Source: Acidimicrobiales bacterium (GTDB lineage: Bacteria > Actinomycetota > Acidimicrobiia > Acidimicrobiales > CATQHL01). From it: a stretch of DNA of 64,000 nucleotides. Shown here piece after piece: positions 55,887 through 64,000 of this stretch (its first letter is position 1; every line of letters begins with the position of its first letter). The stretch spans positions 3,016,972-3,080,971 of the forward strand of contig OZ220687.1 in NCBI GenBank assembly GCA_965116465.1, given 5' to 3'. The translations under genes and the position numbers were made by a program. Under the pieces are notes generated by a model. It was not told the DNA's origin and did no database searches. It saw only the letters and a program-made list of their open reading frames with translations.

Positions 55887-58800
55887 ATGACCGACCACTT
55901 CACGACCGAACACTTGGCCTTGGCCCGCGAGGTGCTCGACGCGGGCAGCAGTGAGGGCAACGTGGAGGTCGCGCTGGTGGCCCTGCTGAAGGCCCTGGGG
56001 GTCGGCGACGTGCAGGTTCGCCGGACGCAGGATGGCGTCCAGCCGGACCTGCTGTGCCGCTCGGCCCGACTGCTGTTCGAGGTGAAGCGGCCTTCGCTGG
56101 CCGATGATCCGCATCGGCCACGAACCGGTGGCCAAGGTGACGAGTCTGCTTTCGAGCAGATTGAGCGATACATCCGGGCGATCCAAGGCGCCGAGCGAGG
56201 CACGCTCTGGTCAAGGGGCGAGTCCGAATCTCCTTGGCTGACGGTGCTGACCGATGGAAAGCACTGGCACGCATGGCTGTGGCCATCTCATGGGGGCAGC
56301 AGTGAGCCGTTCTCGGCGTTCAGACGTCTGGAGGCAGAACAGGCGCACGAACTCGTGGCCTGGCTGCTCCGAGTCGTCGACCGAGGTGGTGCCAAGCCGC
56401 CAGTGCCGACCGACCCCTACAGGACGGTGTTCGAGCCGTATCTCATCCGGCTCCGGCTGATCGCCGAGATGAGCGCCGGTGAGGCCGGTGCCGCCGCGGT
56501 GCGGGCACGGCAGACCCAGCGGTCGCTCTGGTACGACATGCTCAAGGGTTCCGGCATGGTCCCCTCCGAGGCCGAGGCAGCGGACCTCTTCGTCCGTCAC
56601 ACGTTCCTCGTAGCGGTCGCCCGAGCGGTGGTGCTCACCCTTGACGGAACCGCCCGGACTCCGATCAGGCCAGGCGAAGCCCGTCGAACCGACGTCCGCG
56701 ATGTCCTCGGTGATGGATTCGTATCGTGGGCGACCCTGACCGACCGTGGCCGACGATGGGCCGAGGATCTCTTCGATGCCGCTGACGGCTTCGATTGGCG
56801 GGCGCAGCCCCGCGACGTGTTGCGCCAGATGTACGAGTCGGTGATCGAGGCCGGCCATCGCAAGTCTTTCGGCGAGTACTACACGCCGGACTGGCTGGCC
56901 GAGATGGTCGCCGAACGAGTCTGCGACGCCGACTGGTGTGAGGCCGCGGTCGCCCGGGCGCGCCGAGCCGAGGACTCGCTCAGAGGGGTCGGCGTGGTGG
57001 ATCCCGCCTGCGGGTCGGGAACGTTCCTGTTCCACGCAGCCCGGCGGATCTGCGACGCGGCGGCCGCTTGGACCCCGCAGCAACAGGCCGACATAGCGGC
57101 GCGGCTCGTTCACGGCATTGACATCCACCCCGTCGCCGTGGAGATCGCCCGGGCCACGCTCCTGCGAGCCCTCCCGGCGGCACCCTCGGAGGGCATCGAC
57201 GGTCTACGTGTCCATCAGGGCGACGGCGTGGCCACCCCGGCGCCCGAGGACGCCGGCGGGATGCAACGCGCCTTGGGAATGTTCGCATTCGTGACGCCGA
57301 AAGGCGCTCGCGTCGAGGTGCCGGTCGCGTTCGCCCGGCGCCCGGGTCTGGCGCAACGATTGCGCCACTTGGTGGGGGCGTGTGAGCGCCGCGAGTCACT
57401 TCCGGCGCACCTCCTCGAAGGGCTCGACGAGACCTCCGCCACGGCCACCGAACGGGCTCACCGGCGATTGTCGGAGGTGATCGCCGAGGAGGGAAATGGC
57501 GTCTGGACATGGTTCATGGGGAACCACATGGCCACGACGCTGCTTGTGGAAAACAAGGTGGACAGGATCGTGGCCAATCCTCCATGGGTCAGGATGTCGG
57601 AGATACGGGTGGCGGAGCGGAGAGCGGCCCTCGATGGGTTGATTCGCGACGCGGGACTCTACGCGGGCGGCACCTCGCGCTCACCAGTGGCGGTCAGCGG
57701 TGGACTTGACATCGCCGCCCTGTTCGTGACCCGCTGCGAGGAACTGTACCTTGCCGACGGAACCGGCGAGGGTTCGGTCGGCAAGGCCGCAGGTTGGGTG
57801 CTGAACCGAGCCTCGCTCACTGCCGACAACTGGATTCGATTCCGCGAACGTCAGGCAGATGCCGCGACCGTTGACCTATCGCTAGTGAGGGCGGCGCCGT
57901 TCTCCGGAGCGCACGCGGCCGTCTGGTTCACCGGTGACGCAGGGGACGGCACCCAGGTGGTCCTCGCCACGAAACCGGAGAACCCGGTGAGCGCGTCCGA
58001 CCGCTGGGATGATGCCCGGTCGAGACTGCACGAGGTTACTGTTGAGTCTACCGGGGCAGCGGAGCCATCGGGGTACGTGGATGAGGCGGGCGTTGCACGA
58101 GCACGGGCGGGGGCCAACCTGCGTCCACACTGCCTGGTAGTCATTGGGGAGGCAGAGCTTGCGCGGGCGGGGCGTGTGCGGATCACCACGCGGGCGTCCA
58201 AGCAGAAGCCGTGGCGGAACGCGGGCACCCTAAGCGGAGACGTGCCTGAACAGTGGCGCCACGCCGCCGTCTTCTCCCAGAATGTCCTGGTCGGCTGCCT
58301 AACGCAGGATCGCGCTCAGTGCATCGTGCCGATAGCCGAGACGGGCGAATTCGACCCCGACCCCGGCGGAGCGTTCTGGGAGGAGGCGCAGGCTCGCTAC
58401 TCGGACTTCGCCGGACGCGGCAACACAACCCCCACCAGGCTGACCGCAATGCTGGACTACCAGGGGCGGCTGACGGCGCAGCTGACTGAGGCGGAGGGGG
58501 CGTGGACCGTCGTCTACAACAAGTCCGGTTCGTACCTGCGCGCGGCGCGTCAGCGAGGTCCGCTCATCGTGAACGACGCCTGCTATTGGATGAGCGTGTC
58601 GACGGCGGCGGAGGCCGCGTACCTCGTGGCGGTTCTGAACGCCGAGGCGCTGCAGCCGGCCTACCAGGCAACGCGCCGCTCCGACAGGGACTTCCACACC
58701 CACTTCTGGCACGAGATTCCCATTCCCCGTTATGAGGACCACGTCGGACTGCACCGCAAGCTGGCGAGGCTCGGACAGCGCGTTGAGGAAGCGGCCGGCA

Positions 58801-58940
58801 CCGTACGCGACGGACTGCCGCTCCGTGGGGCCGGCCAGGTCAAGACATGCGCGGAGATCCGCGCCGAACTGGGCCGCATCGGGCTGACCCGGCGCATTGA
58901 CGGACTCGTGAGAGAACTGCTGCCGCACCACACGACGTAG
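55887..58940 (+). CDS. Type IIG restriction-modification enzyme (REase + N6-adenine MTase + TRD)
   Basis: PD---FEVK, LTDGKHW, GEYYTPDWLAE, DPACGSGTFL, GIDIHPVAV, IVANPPW. Confidence 0.88.
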   Translation: MTDHFTTEHLALAREVLDAGSSEGNVEVALVALLKALGVGDVQVRRTQDGVQPDLLCRSARLLFEVKRPSLADDPHRPRTGGQGDESAFEQIERYIRAIQGAERGTLWSRGESESPWLTVLTDGKHWHAWLWPSHGGSSEPFSAFRRLEAEQAHELVAWLLRVVDRGGAKPPVPTDPYRTVFEPYLIRLRLIAEMSAGEAGAAAVRARQTQRSLWYDMLKGSGMVPSEAEAADLFVRHTFLVAVARAVVLTLDGTARTPIRPGEARRTDVRDVLGDGFVSWATLTDRGRRWAEDLFDAADGFDWRAQPRDVLRQMYESVIEAGHRKSFGEYYTPDWLAEMVAERVCDADWCEAAVARARRAEDSLRGVGVVDPACGSGTFLFHAARRICDAAAAWTPQQQADIAARLVHGIDIHPVAVEIARATLLRALPAAPSEGIDGLRVHQGDGVATPAPEDAGGMQRALGMFAFVTPKGARVEVPVAFARRPGLAQRLRHLVGACERRESLPAHLLEGLDETSATATERAHRRLSEVIAEEGNGVWTWFMGNHMATTLLVENKVDRIVANPPWVRMSEIRVAERRAALDGLIRDAGLYAGGTSRSPVAVSGGLDIAALFVTRCEELYLADGTGEGSVGKAAGWVLNRASLTADNWIRFRERQADAATVDLSLVRAAPFSGAHAAVWFTGDAGDGTQVVLATKPENPVSASDRWDDARSRLHEVTVESTGAAEPSGYVDEAGVARARAGANLRPHCLVVIGEAELARAGRVRITTRASKQKPWRNAGTLSGDVPEQWRHAAVFSQNVLVGCLTQDRAQCIVPIAETGEFDPDPGGAFWEEAQARYSDFAGRGNTTPTRLTAMLDYQGRLTAQLTEAEGAWTVVYNKSGSYLRAARQRGPLIVNDACYWMSVSTAAEAAYLVAVLNAEALQPAYQATRRSDRDFHTHFWHEIPIPRYEDHVGLHRKLARLGQRVEEAAGTVRDGLPLRGAGQVKTCAEIRAELGRIGLTRRIDGLVRELLPHHTT

Positions 58941-58994
58941 GCTGCGACGTTGCGGCCGGGGTCGCCCGGCTCAGAGAGCCAACCCACTGGAGCG

Positions 58995-59231
58995 ATGGTG
59001 CTCGATCCCCGACTTGTGGAAATCCTGGCCTGTCCGGAGGACAAGGGGCCGTTGCTGTACTTCGAAGCCGACGGGTTCCTCTACAACCCCCGGTTGCGGA
59101 AGCGCTACGAGATCGACGACGGCATCCCGATCATGCTGATCGACGAGGCCACCACCCTCGAGGCTGCCGAGCACGAGCGGGTACTGGAGCGGGCCGCCGA
59201 GGCGGGCATCGAGGAGAACTTCACGCCATGA
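58995..59231 (+). CDS. Trm112/YcaR family protein
   Basis: LDPRLVEILACPEDKGPL, RYEIDDGIPIMLIDEA. Confidence 0.92.
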   Translation: MVLDPRLVEILACPEDKGPLLYFEADGFLYNPRLRKRYEIDDGIPIMLIDEATTLEAAEHERVLERAAEAGIEENFTP

Positions 59232-60292
59232 CCCCTGAGGTCCCCCTCGACACGCTCGGCATGCACACCGCCACGGCGTCGATGCCCGAGCAGATCGCCG
59301 CCGGGGTGGAGACCGTGGCCGACACCGGCCTGGCGGCGCGGATCGCCGATCCCGACGCCATCACCAGCGTGTTGGTGCTGGGCATGGGCGGCAGCGGGCT
59401 GGTGGGGGACTTCCTGGCCGTGACGGCGGGGCCGTTCATGTCGCTGCCGGTGGTGGTCGTCAAGAACTACGTGCCGCCCAGTTACGTCGATCGGCGCACC
59501 CTGGTGCTGGCCGTGTCGTTCTCCGGCGAGACCGAGGAGACGCTGTCGGCCGCCGCCATCGCGGCCGAGCGGGGCGGGCAGATGGTCGCCGTCTGCACCG
59601 GCGGCCGCCTGCGGGCCCTGGCCGAAGCGTGGGGGGCGCCGGTGCTGGCGGTGGATCCCACCATCCCCATGCCGCGCGCCGGATTCGCCGCCATGGCCGC
59701 ACCGGCGCTGGCGCTGCTCGAGGACCTGGGATTCTTCCCCGGTGCCAGCGAGTGGCTGGCGCGCGCGGCCGAGCAGCTGCGCCGGCGCCGCAGCCAGCTC
59801 AGCGAGACGAGCAACCCGGCGCTGCGGCTGGCGCGGGAGATCGCCGGCACCATCCCGGTGGTCTACGGGCCCGGCGGGATCGGCGAGGTGGCTGCCAAGC
59901 GCTGGAAGGCGCAGTTCAACGAGAACGCCAAGACGCCCGCCTTCAGCGCGGCGCTGCCCGAGATGACCCACAACGAGATCGCCGGCTGGGGCAGCCTCGA
60001 CGAGCTCACCGCGCCGTCCTTCAGCGCCATCCAGCTCCGCCACGACTTCGAGCCGCCGCAGGTGGCGGCCACGTTCGACTTCCTCGACGACCACCTCAGC
60101 GACGCCGTGCGGGAGGTCTACGAGGTGCGCGCCGGCGGTGAGGGACCGATCGCCCAGATCATGGACCTGATGCTGTTCGGCGACTACGTGTCGTTGCACC
60201 TCGCCGCGCTGCGGGGAATGGATCCCGGCCCGATCCCCGCCATCGCCGAGTTGAAGGCGGCCCTCGGCGGATCGGGGGAAGCGGGAGCGTGA
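59228..60292 (+). CDS. Bifunctional phosphoglucose/phosphomannose isomerase (SIS)
   Basis: [52 protein letters not shown]. Confidence 0.92.
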   Translation: MTPEVPLDTLGMHTATASMPEQIAAGVETVADTGLAARIADPDAITSVLVLGMGGSGLVGDFLAVTAGPFMSLPVVVVKNYVPPSYVDRRTLVLAVSFSGETEETLSAAAIAAERGGQMVAVCTGGRLRALAEAWGAPVLAVDPTIPMPRAGFAAMAAPALALLEDLGFFPGASEWLARAAEQLRRRRSQLSETSNPALRLAREIAGTIPVVYGPGGIGEVAAKRWKAQFNENAKTPAFSAALPEMTHNEIAGWGSLDELTAPSFSAIQLRHDFEPPQVAATFDFLDDHLSDAVREVYEVRAGGEGPIAQIMDLMLFGDYVSLHLAALRGMDPGPIPAIAELKAALGGSGEAGA

Positions 60293-61749
60293 GACCCGCC
60301 GGCGGCGACTTCGCGGTCGCCGACCTGTCGCTGGCGCCGTTCGGGCGCAAGGAGATCCAGCTCGCCGAGCACGAGATGCCCGGTCTGATGGCGCTGCGGG
60401 CCCGCCACAGCGACGAGAAACCCCTGGCAGGCGCCCGTATCGCCGGCTCGCTGCACATGACCGTCCAGACCGCCGTTCTCATCGAGACCCTCTGCGAGCT
60501 CGGCGCCGAGGTGCGCTGGGCGTCGTGCAACATCTTCTCCACCCAGGACCACGCCGCCGCCGCGGTGGCGGTGGGGCCGACCGGCACGGCCACCGAGCCC
60601 CGCGGCGTGCCCGTGTTCGCCTGGAAGGGCGAGACGCTGGAGGAGTACTGGCGCTGCACCGAGCACGTGCTGCGCTGGCCCGACGGCGACGGCCCGACGC
60701 TGATCCTCGATGATGGCGGGGATGCGACGCTGTTGCTGCACGAGGGACTCGCATGCGAGCGAGCCGGCGCAGTGCCCCAGCCGGATCCCGACGACAGCGA
60801 GGAGCGAGCAGTGGTCCTCGCCACCTTGCGCCGGGTTCTCGACGAGGACTCCGACACCTGGGGAAGGGCCGCGGCCTCGGTTCGCGGCGTCAGCGAGGAG
60901 ACCACCACCGGGGTGCACCGGCTGTACCGCATGCAGCGGGAGGGCGCGCTGCTGTTCCCGGCCATCAACGTGAACGACTCGGTCACCAAGTCCAAGTTCG
61001 ACAACCTCTACGGCTGCCGGCACTCGCTCATCGACGGCCTCAAGCGGGCCACCGACGTGATGCTCGGCGGCAAACTGGCGGTGGTCTGCGGCTACGGCGA
61101 CGTGGGCAAGGGCTGCGCGGCGGCGCTGGCCGGCCAGGGCGCACGCGTGGTCGTGACCGAGGTGGATCCCATCTGCGCCCTCCAGGCCGTCATGGAGGGC
61201 TACCAGGTCGTCCGCCTCGAGGACGTGATGAGCACCGGCGACATCTTCGTCACCGCCACCGGCTGCCGCGACGTGATCACCGCGGAGCACATGGGGCGGA
61301 TGAAGCACCAGGCCATCGTCGGCAACATCGGCCACTTCGACAACGAGGTGGACGTGGCAGGGCTGGAGCGGCTGTCGGACGTGCAGCGCGTGCGCATCAA
61401 GGACCAGGTGGACGAGTACGTCTTCCCCGACGGGCACTCGGTGATCCTGCTGTCGGAGGGGCGCCTGCTGAACCTGGGCAACGCCACCGGGCATCCCAGC
61501 TTCGTGATGTCCTTCAGCTTCACGAATCAGGTGCTGGCGCAGATGGAGTTGCATGCCAACGCCGAGGCGTACCGCGACGATGCCGGTCGTCCGCAGGTGG
61601 TGACGCTGCCGAAGCACCTCGACGAGGAGGTGGCCCGGCTGCACCTCGACGCCCTGGGCATCCGGCTCAGCCGCCTCAGCGACGCCCAGGCCGACTATCT
61701 GGACGTGCCACCGGACGGCCCCTACAAGCCCGACCACTACAAGTACTGA
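60289..61749 (+). CDS. ahcY: Adenosylhomocysteinase
   Basis: [58 protein letters not shown]. Confidence 0.98.
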   Translation: MRPAGGDFAVADLSLAPFGRKEIQLAEHEMPGLMALRARHSDEKPLAGARIAGSLHMTVQTAVLIETLCELGAEVRWASCNIFSTQDHAAAAVAVGPTGTATEPRGVPVFAWKGETLEEYWRCTEHVLRWPDGDGPTLILDDGGDATLLLHEGLACERAGAVPQPDPDDSEERAVVLATLRRVLDEDSDTWGRAAASVRGVSEETTTGVHRLYRMQREGALLFPAINVNDSVTKSKFDNLYGCRHSLIDGLKRATDVMLGGKLAVVCGYGDVGKGCAAALAGQGARVVVTEVDPICALQAVMEGYQVVRLEDVMSTGDIFVTATGCRDVITAEHMGRMKHQAIVGNIGHFDNEVDVAGLERLSDVQRVRIKDQVDEYVFPDGHSVILLSEGRLLNLGNATGHPSFVMSFSFTNQVLAQMELHANAEAYRDDAGRPQVVTLPKHLDEEVARLHLDALGIRLSRLSDAQADYLDVPPDGPYKPDHYKY

Positions 61750-61808
61750 CCGGAGCCCGGACCGCAGAGGCGGACCGTCACCCCGACGAGCCCCAGGAGG
61801 CAGCAGCC

Positions 61809-62471
61809 ATGATCAGACTCACCGCCGACGACGGCCACGAACTCGACGCCTACGAGGCCGGACCGGCCGACGCCGCCGCCGGCATCGTGGTCGTCCAGGA
61901 GATCTTCGGGGTGAACGCGCACATCCGCGACGTTGTGGACCGCTACGCCGCCCTCGGCTACCGCGCGGTGGCCCCCGCCCTGTTCGACCGCCTCGAGCGG
62001 GGGGTGGAACTCGGCTACACCGAGGAGACCGTGACCCAGGGCCGGGCGATGCGGGGCGCCATCGACTGGGACGACACGGTGCGCGACGTGGGCGCGGCCG
62101 TCGCCCATCTGGCGGGGAACGGTCCCGTCGGCGTGGTGGGCTACTGCTACGGCGGCAGCTTGGCGTGGCTGGCGGCGCACGGCCTGCCGGTGGCCGCCGC
62201 CGTCGGCTACTACGGCGGCCAGATCATCCAGTTCCTGGACCGTGAGCCGAAGGCACCCGTCCTGCTGCTCTTCGGCGAGGTGGACTACATGATCCCGCTG
62301 TCGGACGTGGAGGAGATCAAACAGGCGCACCCTGCGGTTCCGGTGCAGGTGTACCCCGGTGCCGACCACGGCTTCAATTGCGACGCCCGCGACTCCTACC
62401 ACCCCGAGGCGGCGGCCCAGGCGCTGGAGCGCACCCTGGGCTTCCTCGCCGAAGCCGGCGTGCGTCCCTAG
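61809..62471 (+). CDS. Dienelactone hydrolase family protein
   Basis: QEIFGVNAHIR, GYCYGG, YYGG, YPGADHGFNCD-R. Confidence 0.93.
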   Translation: MIRLTADDGHELDAYEAGPADAAAGIVVVQEIFGVNAHIRDVVDRYAALGYRAVAPALFDRLERGVELGYTEETVTQGRAMRGAIDWDDTVRDVGAAVAHLAGNGPVGVVGYCYGGSLAWLAAHGLPVAAAVGYYGGQIIQFLDREPKAPVLLLFGEVDYMIPLSDVEEIKQAHPAVPVQVYPGADHGFNCDARDSYHPEAAAQALERTLGFLAEAGVRP

Positions 62472-62484
62472 GGGAGGATCGATC

Positions 62485-63192
62485 ATGAACCCCAACGTCG
62501 TCGTCCGCCACGTCGAGCGGGCACCCCGCGATCTGGTCCGGGGATTCGGCGAGGTCGACTCCTCCACCGTGCACGAGGCCATGGGCCGGTTCGGCTTCGC
62601 GGGAGCCCACATCCGCCCTGTCCAGCAGGGCGCCCGGATCGCCGGCTCGGCCATCACCGTGCTGGTGCACCCAGGTGACAACATCATGATCCACGCCGCC
62701 ATCGCGCTCCTCGAGCCCGGGGACGTGCTGGTGGTCGCGAGCACCGCACCCTCCACCAACGCCCTGTTCGGGGAGCTGATGGCAACCTCCGCCGCGGCAC
62801 GGGGCGGGGTGGGGCTCATCACCGACGGGGCTGTGCGCGACGTCGACGCCATCAGAGACATGGGATTCCCGGTGTGGTCTCAGCACATCGGCTGCCAGGG
62901 CCCCATGAAGACCACGCCCGGCTGGGTGAACGTGCCGATCGTCCTCGGTGAGCAGGCCGTCCATCCCGGCGACGTGGTCTGCGCGGATGACACCGGCGTG
63001 GTGGTGGTGCCGCGCCTGCGGGCCGCCGAGGCGCTGGAGGGCGCCCGCAAGCGGATGGCCGCCGAGGAGGTCCTCCGGGAGCGCCTCGCCGCCGGCGAGC
63101 TCTCCCTCGATGTCGCCGGGCTCGGCGCCAAGCTGGCCGAACTCGGCGTCACATACGTCGACCAACTCGACGATCCGCAGCCCGGCTTGTAA
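62485..63192 (+). CDS. 4-carboxy-4-hydroxy-2-oxoadipate aldolase / RraA family (LigK-like)
   Basis: STVHEAMG, GSAITV---PGDNIMIH-A, FGELMA, DGAVRD, PGDVVCADD-GVVVVP. Confidence 0.88.
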   Translation: MNPNVVVRHVERAPRDLVRGFGEVDSSTVHEAMGRFGFAGAHIRPVQQGARIAGSAITVLVHPGDNIMIHAAIALLEPGDVLVVASTAPSTNALFGELMATSAAARGGVGLITDGAVRDVDAIRDMGFPVWSQHIGCQGPMKTTPGWVNVPIVLGEQAVHPGDVVCADDTGVVVVPRLRAAEALEGARKRMAAEEVLRERLAAGELSLDVAGLGAKLAELGVTYVDQLDDPQPGL

Positions 63193-63263
63193 AGGGCGGA
63201 GCGGCCAGCCTTCTCCGGCGTCGTGGACCGAGCCGCTTCGCGGCGGTCGATGGGGCGCGTAAC

Positions 63264-63365
63264 GGTTCTGTAGCGGACCGGGTGCTGCGGTCAGGTCGTG
63301 CCCCGCCCGTCCGGCGAGCGCGCCTCCAGCGGGTTCGGGTTCTGTAGCGGACCGGGTGCTGCGGT
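63264..63365. repeat. Two identical 28-bp direct repeats separated by 46 bp
   Basis: GGTTCTGTAGCGGACCGGGTGCTGCGGT at 63264-63291 and 63338-63365. Confidence 0.85.
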
Positions 63366-63487
63366 TAGAGCCGGAGTGGCTGGTTGATGGTCGAATCCGC
63401 GCCACCCCGGCGACTGTGCATGGTGCCGTTGCGGGGGGAATGGCCGGCTCGAAACAGATTGGCGACCGCCTTGACTGTAGCTATTAT

Positions 63488-63530
63488 CCTCGAAAATCAG
63501 CTTGTGACTATAAGATTTTCAAGGTAATAT
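63488..63530 (+). promoter_or_regulatory. Inverted repeat CCTCGAAAATC-N15-GATTTTCAAGG abutting -10 TAATAT
   Basis: 10/11 match in an AT-rich stretch; -10 lies 6 nt before GTG 63537. Confidence 0.6.
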
Positions 63531-63536
63531 CCCGGC

Positions 63537-64000
63537 GTGGCTGATGAAGACAGCACGGAGGTGGGGATCACCGCCCGCGGGCGGTTCGTCGAGCGGCCTC
63601 GGGACGCTCAGACGCTGCGGGAGGCGATGGCACGCGCTCCGGTGACGTTGCTCACGGGACCGCGGCAGGCGGGCAAGTCCACGCTGGTACGGCGCGTCGT
63701 TGCCCCGTCGCCGCCGTCGGTGTTCGACCTGGAGGACTATCGGGACTTGGCGCGCCTGGCCGAGCCGATGCTCGCACTGCGCGACATGGGCGAGACGATC
63801 GTCATCGACGAGGCGCAGCGGATGCCCGAGCTGTTCCGGTCGCTTCGGGTGCTCGTGGACGAGAACCGCCGCCCGGCGCGCTTCGTGGTGCTCGGCAGCG
63901 CTTCCCCCGACCTGACGGGCCTGGGCTCGGAGTCGCTGGCGGGAAGAGTGGCTCTGGTGGAGCTTGCGGGATTCCGGCTCGGCGATGTCGGAGCGGCCCG
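63537..64000 (+). CDS. AAA_14 (probably DUF4143) ATP-binding protein, 3' partial
   Basis: Manual translation: LTGPRQAGKSTL, FDLED, IVIDEAQRMPELF-SLRVLVD, FVVLGSASP, ESLAGR. Confidence 0.9.
   Translation, partial: MADEDSTEVGITARGRFVERPRDAQTLREAMARAPVTLLTGPRQAGKSTLVRRVVAPSPPSVFDLEDYRDLARLAEPMLALRDMGETIVIDEAQRMPELFRSLRVLVDENRRPARFVVLGSASPDLTGLGSESLAGRVALVELAGFRLGDVGAA

Noticed and set aside
55049-58952. GACGTTG at both ends of the R-M insert as a target-site duplication
   Set aside because: A 7-bp match is too short to support without an empty-site comparison
63264-63365. CRISPR array call
   Set aside because: Only two repeats, no recognised repeat terminus, no cas genes

Overview
High-GC actinobacterial chromosome segment, most consistent with Acidimicrobiia. 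The RCC1-repeat lipoprotein, two AAA_14/DUF4143 ATPases, many toxin-antitoxin pairs and several 2OG/PhyH dioxygenases resemble sponge-associated lineages (inference). The backbone carries a fatty acyl-CoA reductase-HAD fusion with a divergent TetR, ddl/murF, tRNA-Val(CAC), a catabolic cluster (16-24 kb), ABC transporters, two CNNM/hemolysin proteins, an M23 peptidase and ftsH. It also holds a mannose/F420/envelope region (NDP-sugar synthase, cofE, cofD, GT2, DUF5719, CPBP, GT-C-like membrane protein, GT2, manB, Trm112-like, pgi/pmi, ahcY). Accessory patches lie at about 2.7-7.1 kb, 11-16 kb (decayed island after tRNA-Val), 24.4-26.7 kb and 55.05-58.95 kb (type IIG R-M inserted in the manB operon). 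Best leads: a possible transposase-less IS110-type non-coding end, a non-canonical HEPN two-gene module, a CPBP/GT-C/GT2/manB glycosylation operon, a compensated double frameshift in ftsH, periodic or inverted repeats upstream of both DUF4143 ATPases, a triple TetR operator, and a Ser-less alpha/beta hydrolase. All calls come from motif recognition by eye; no searches were run.
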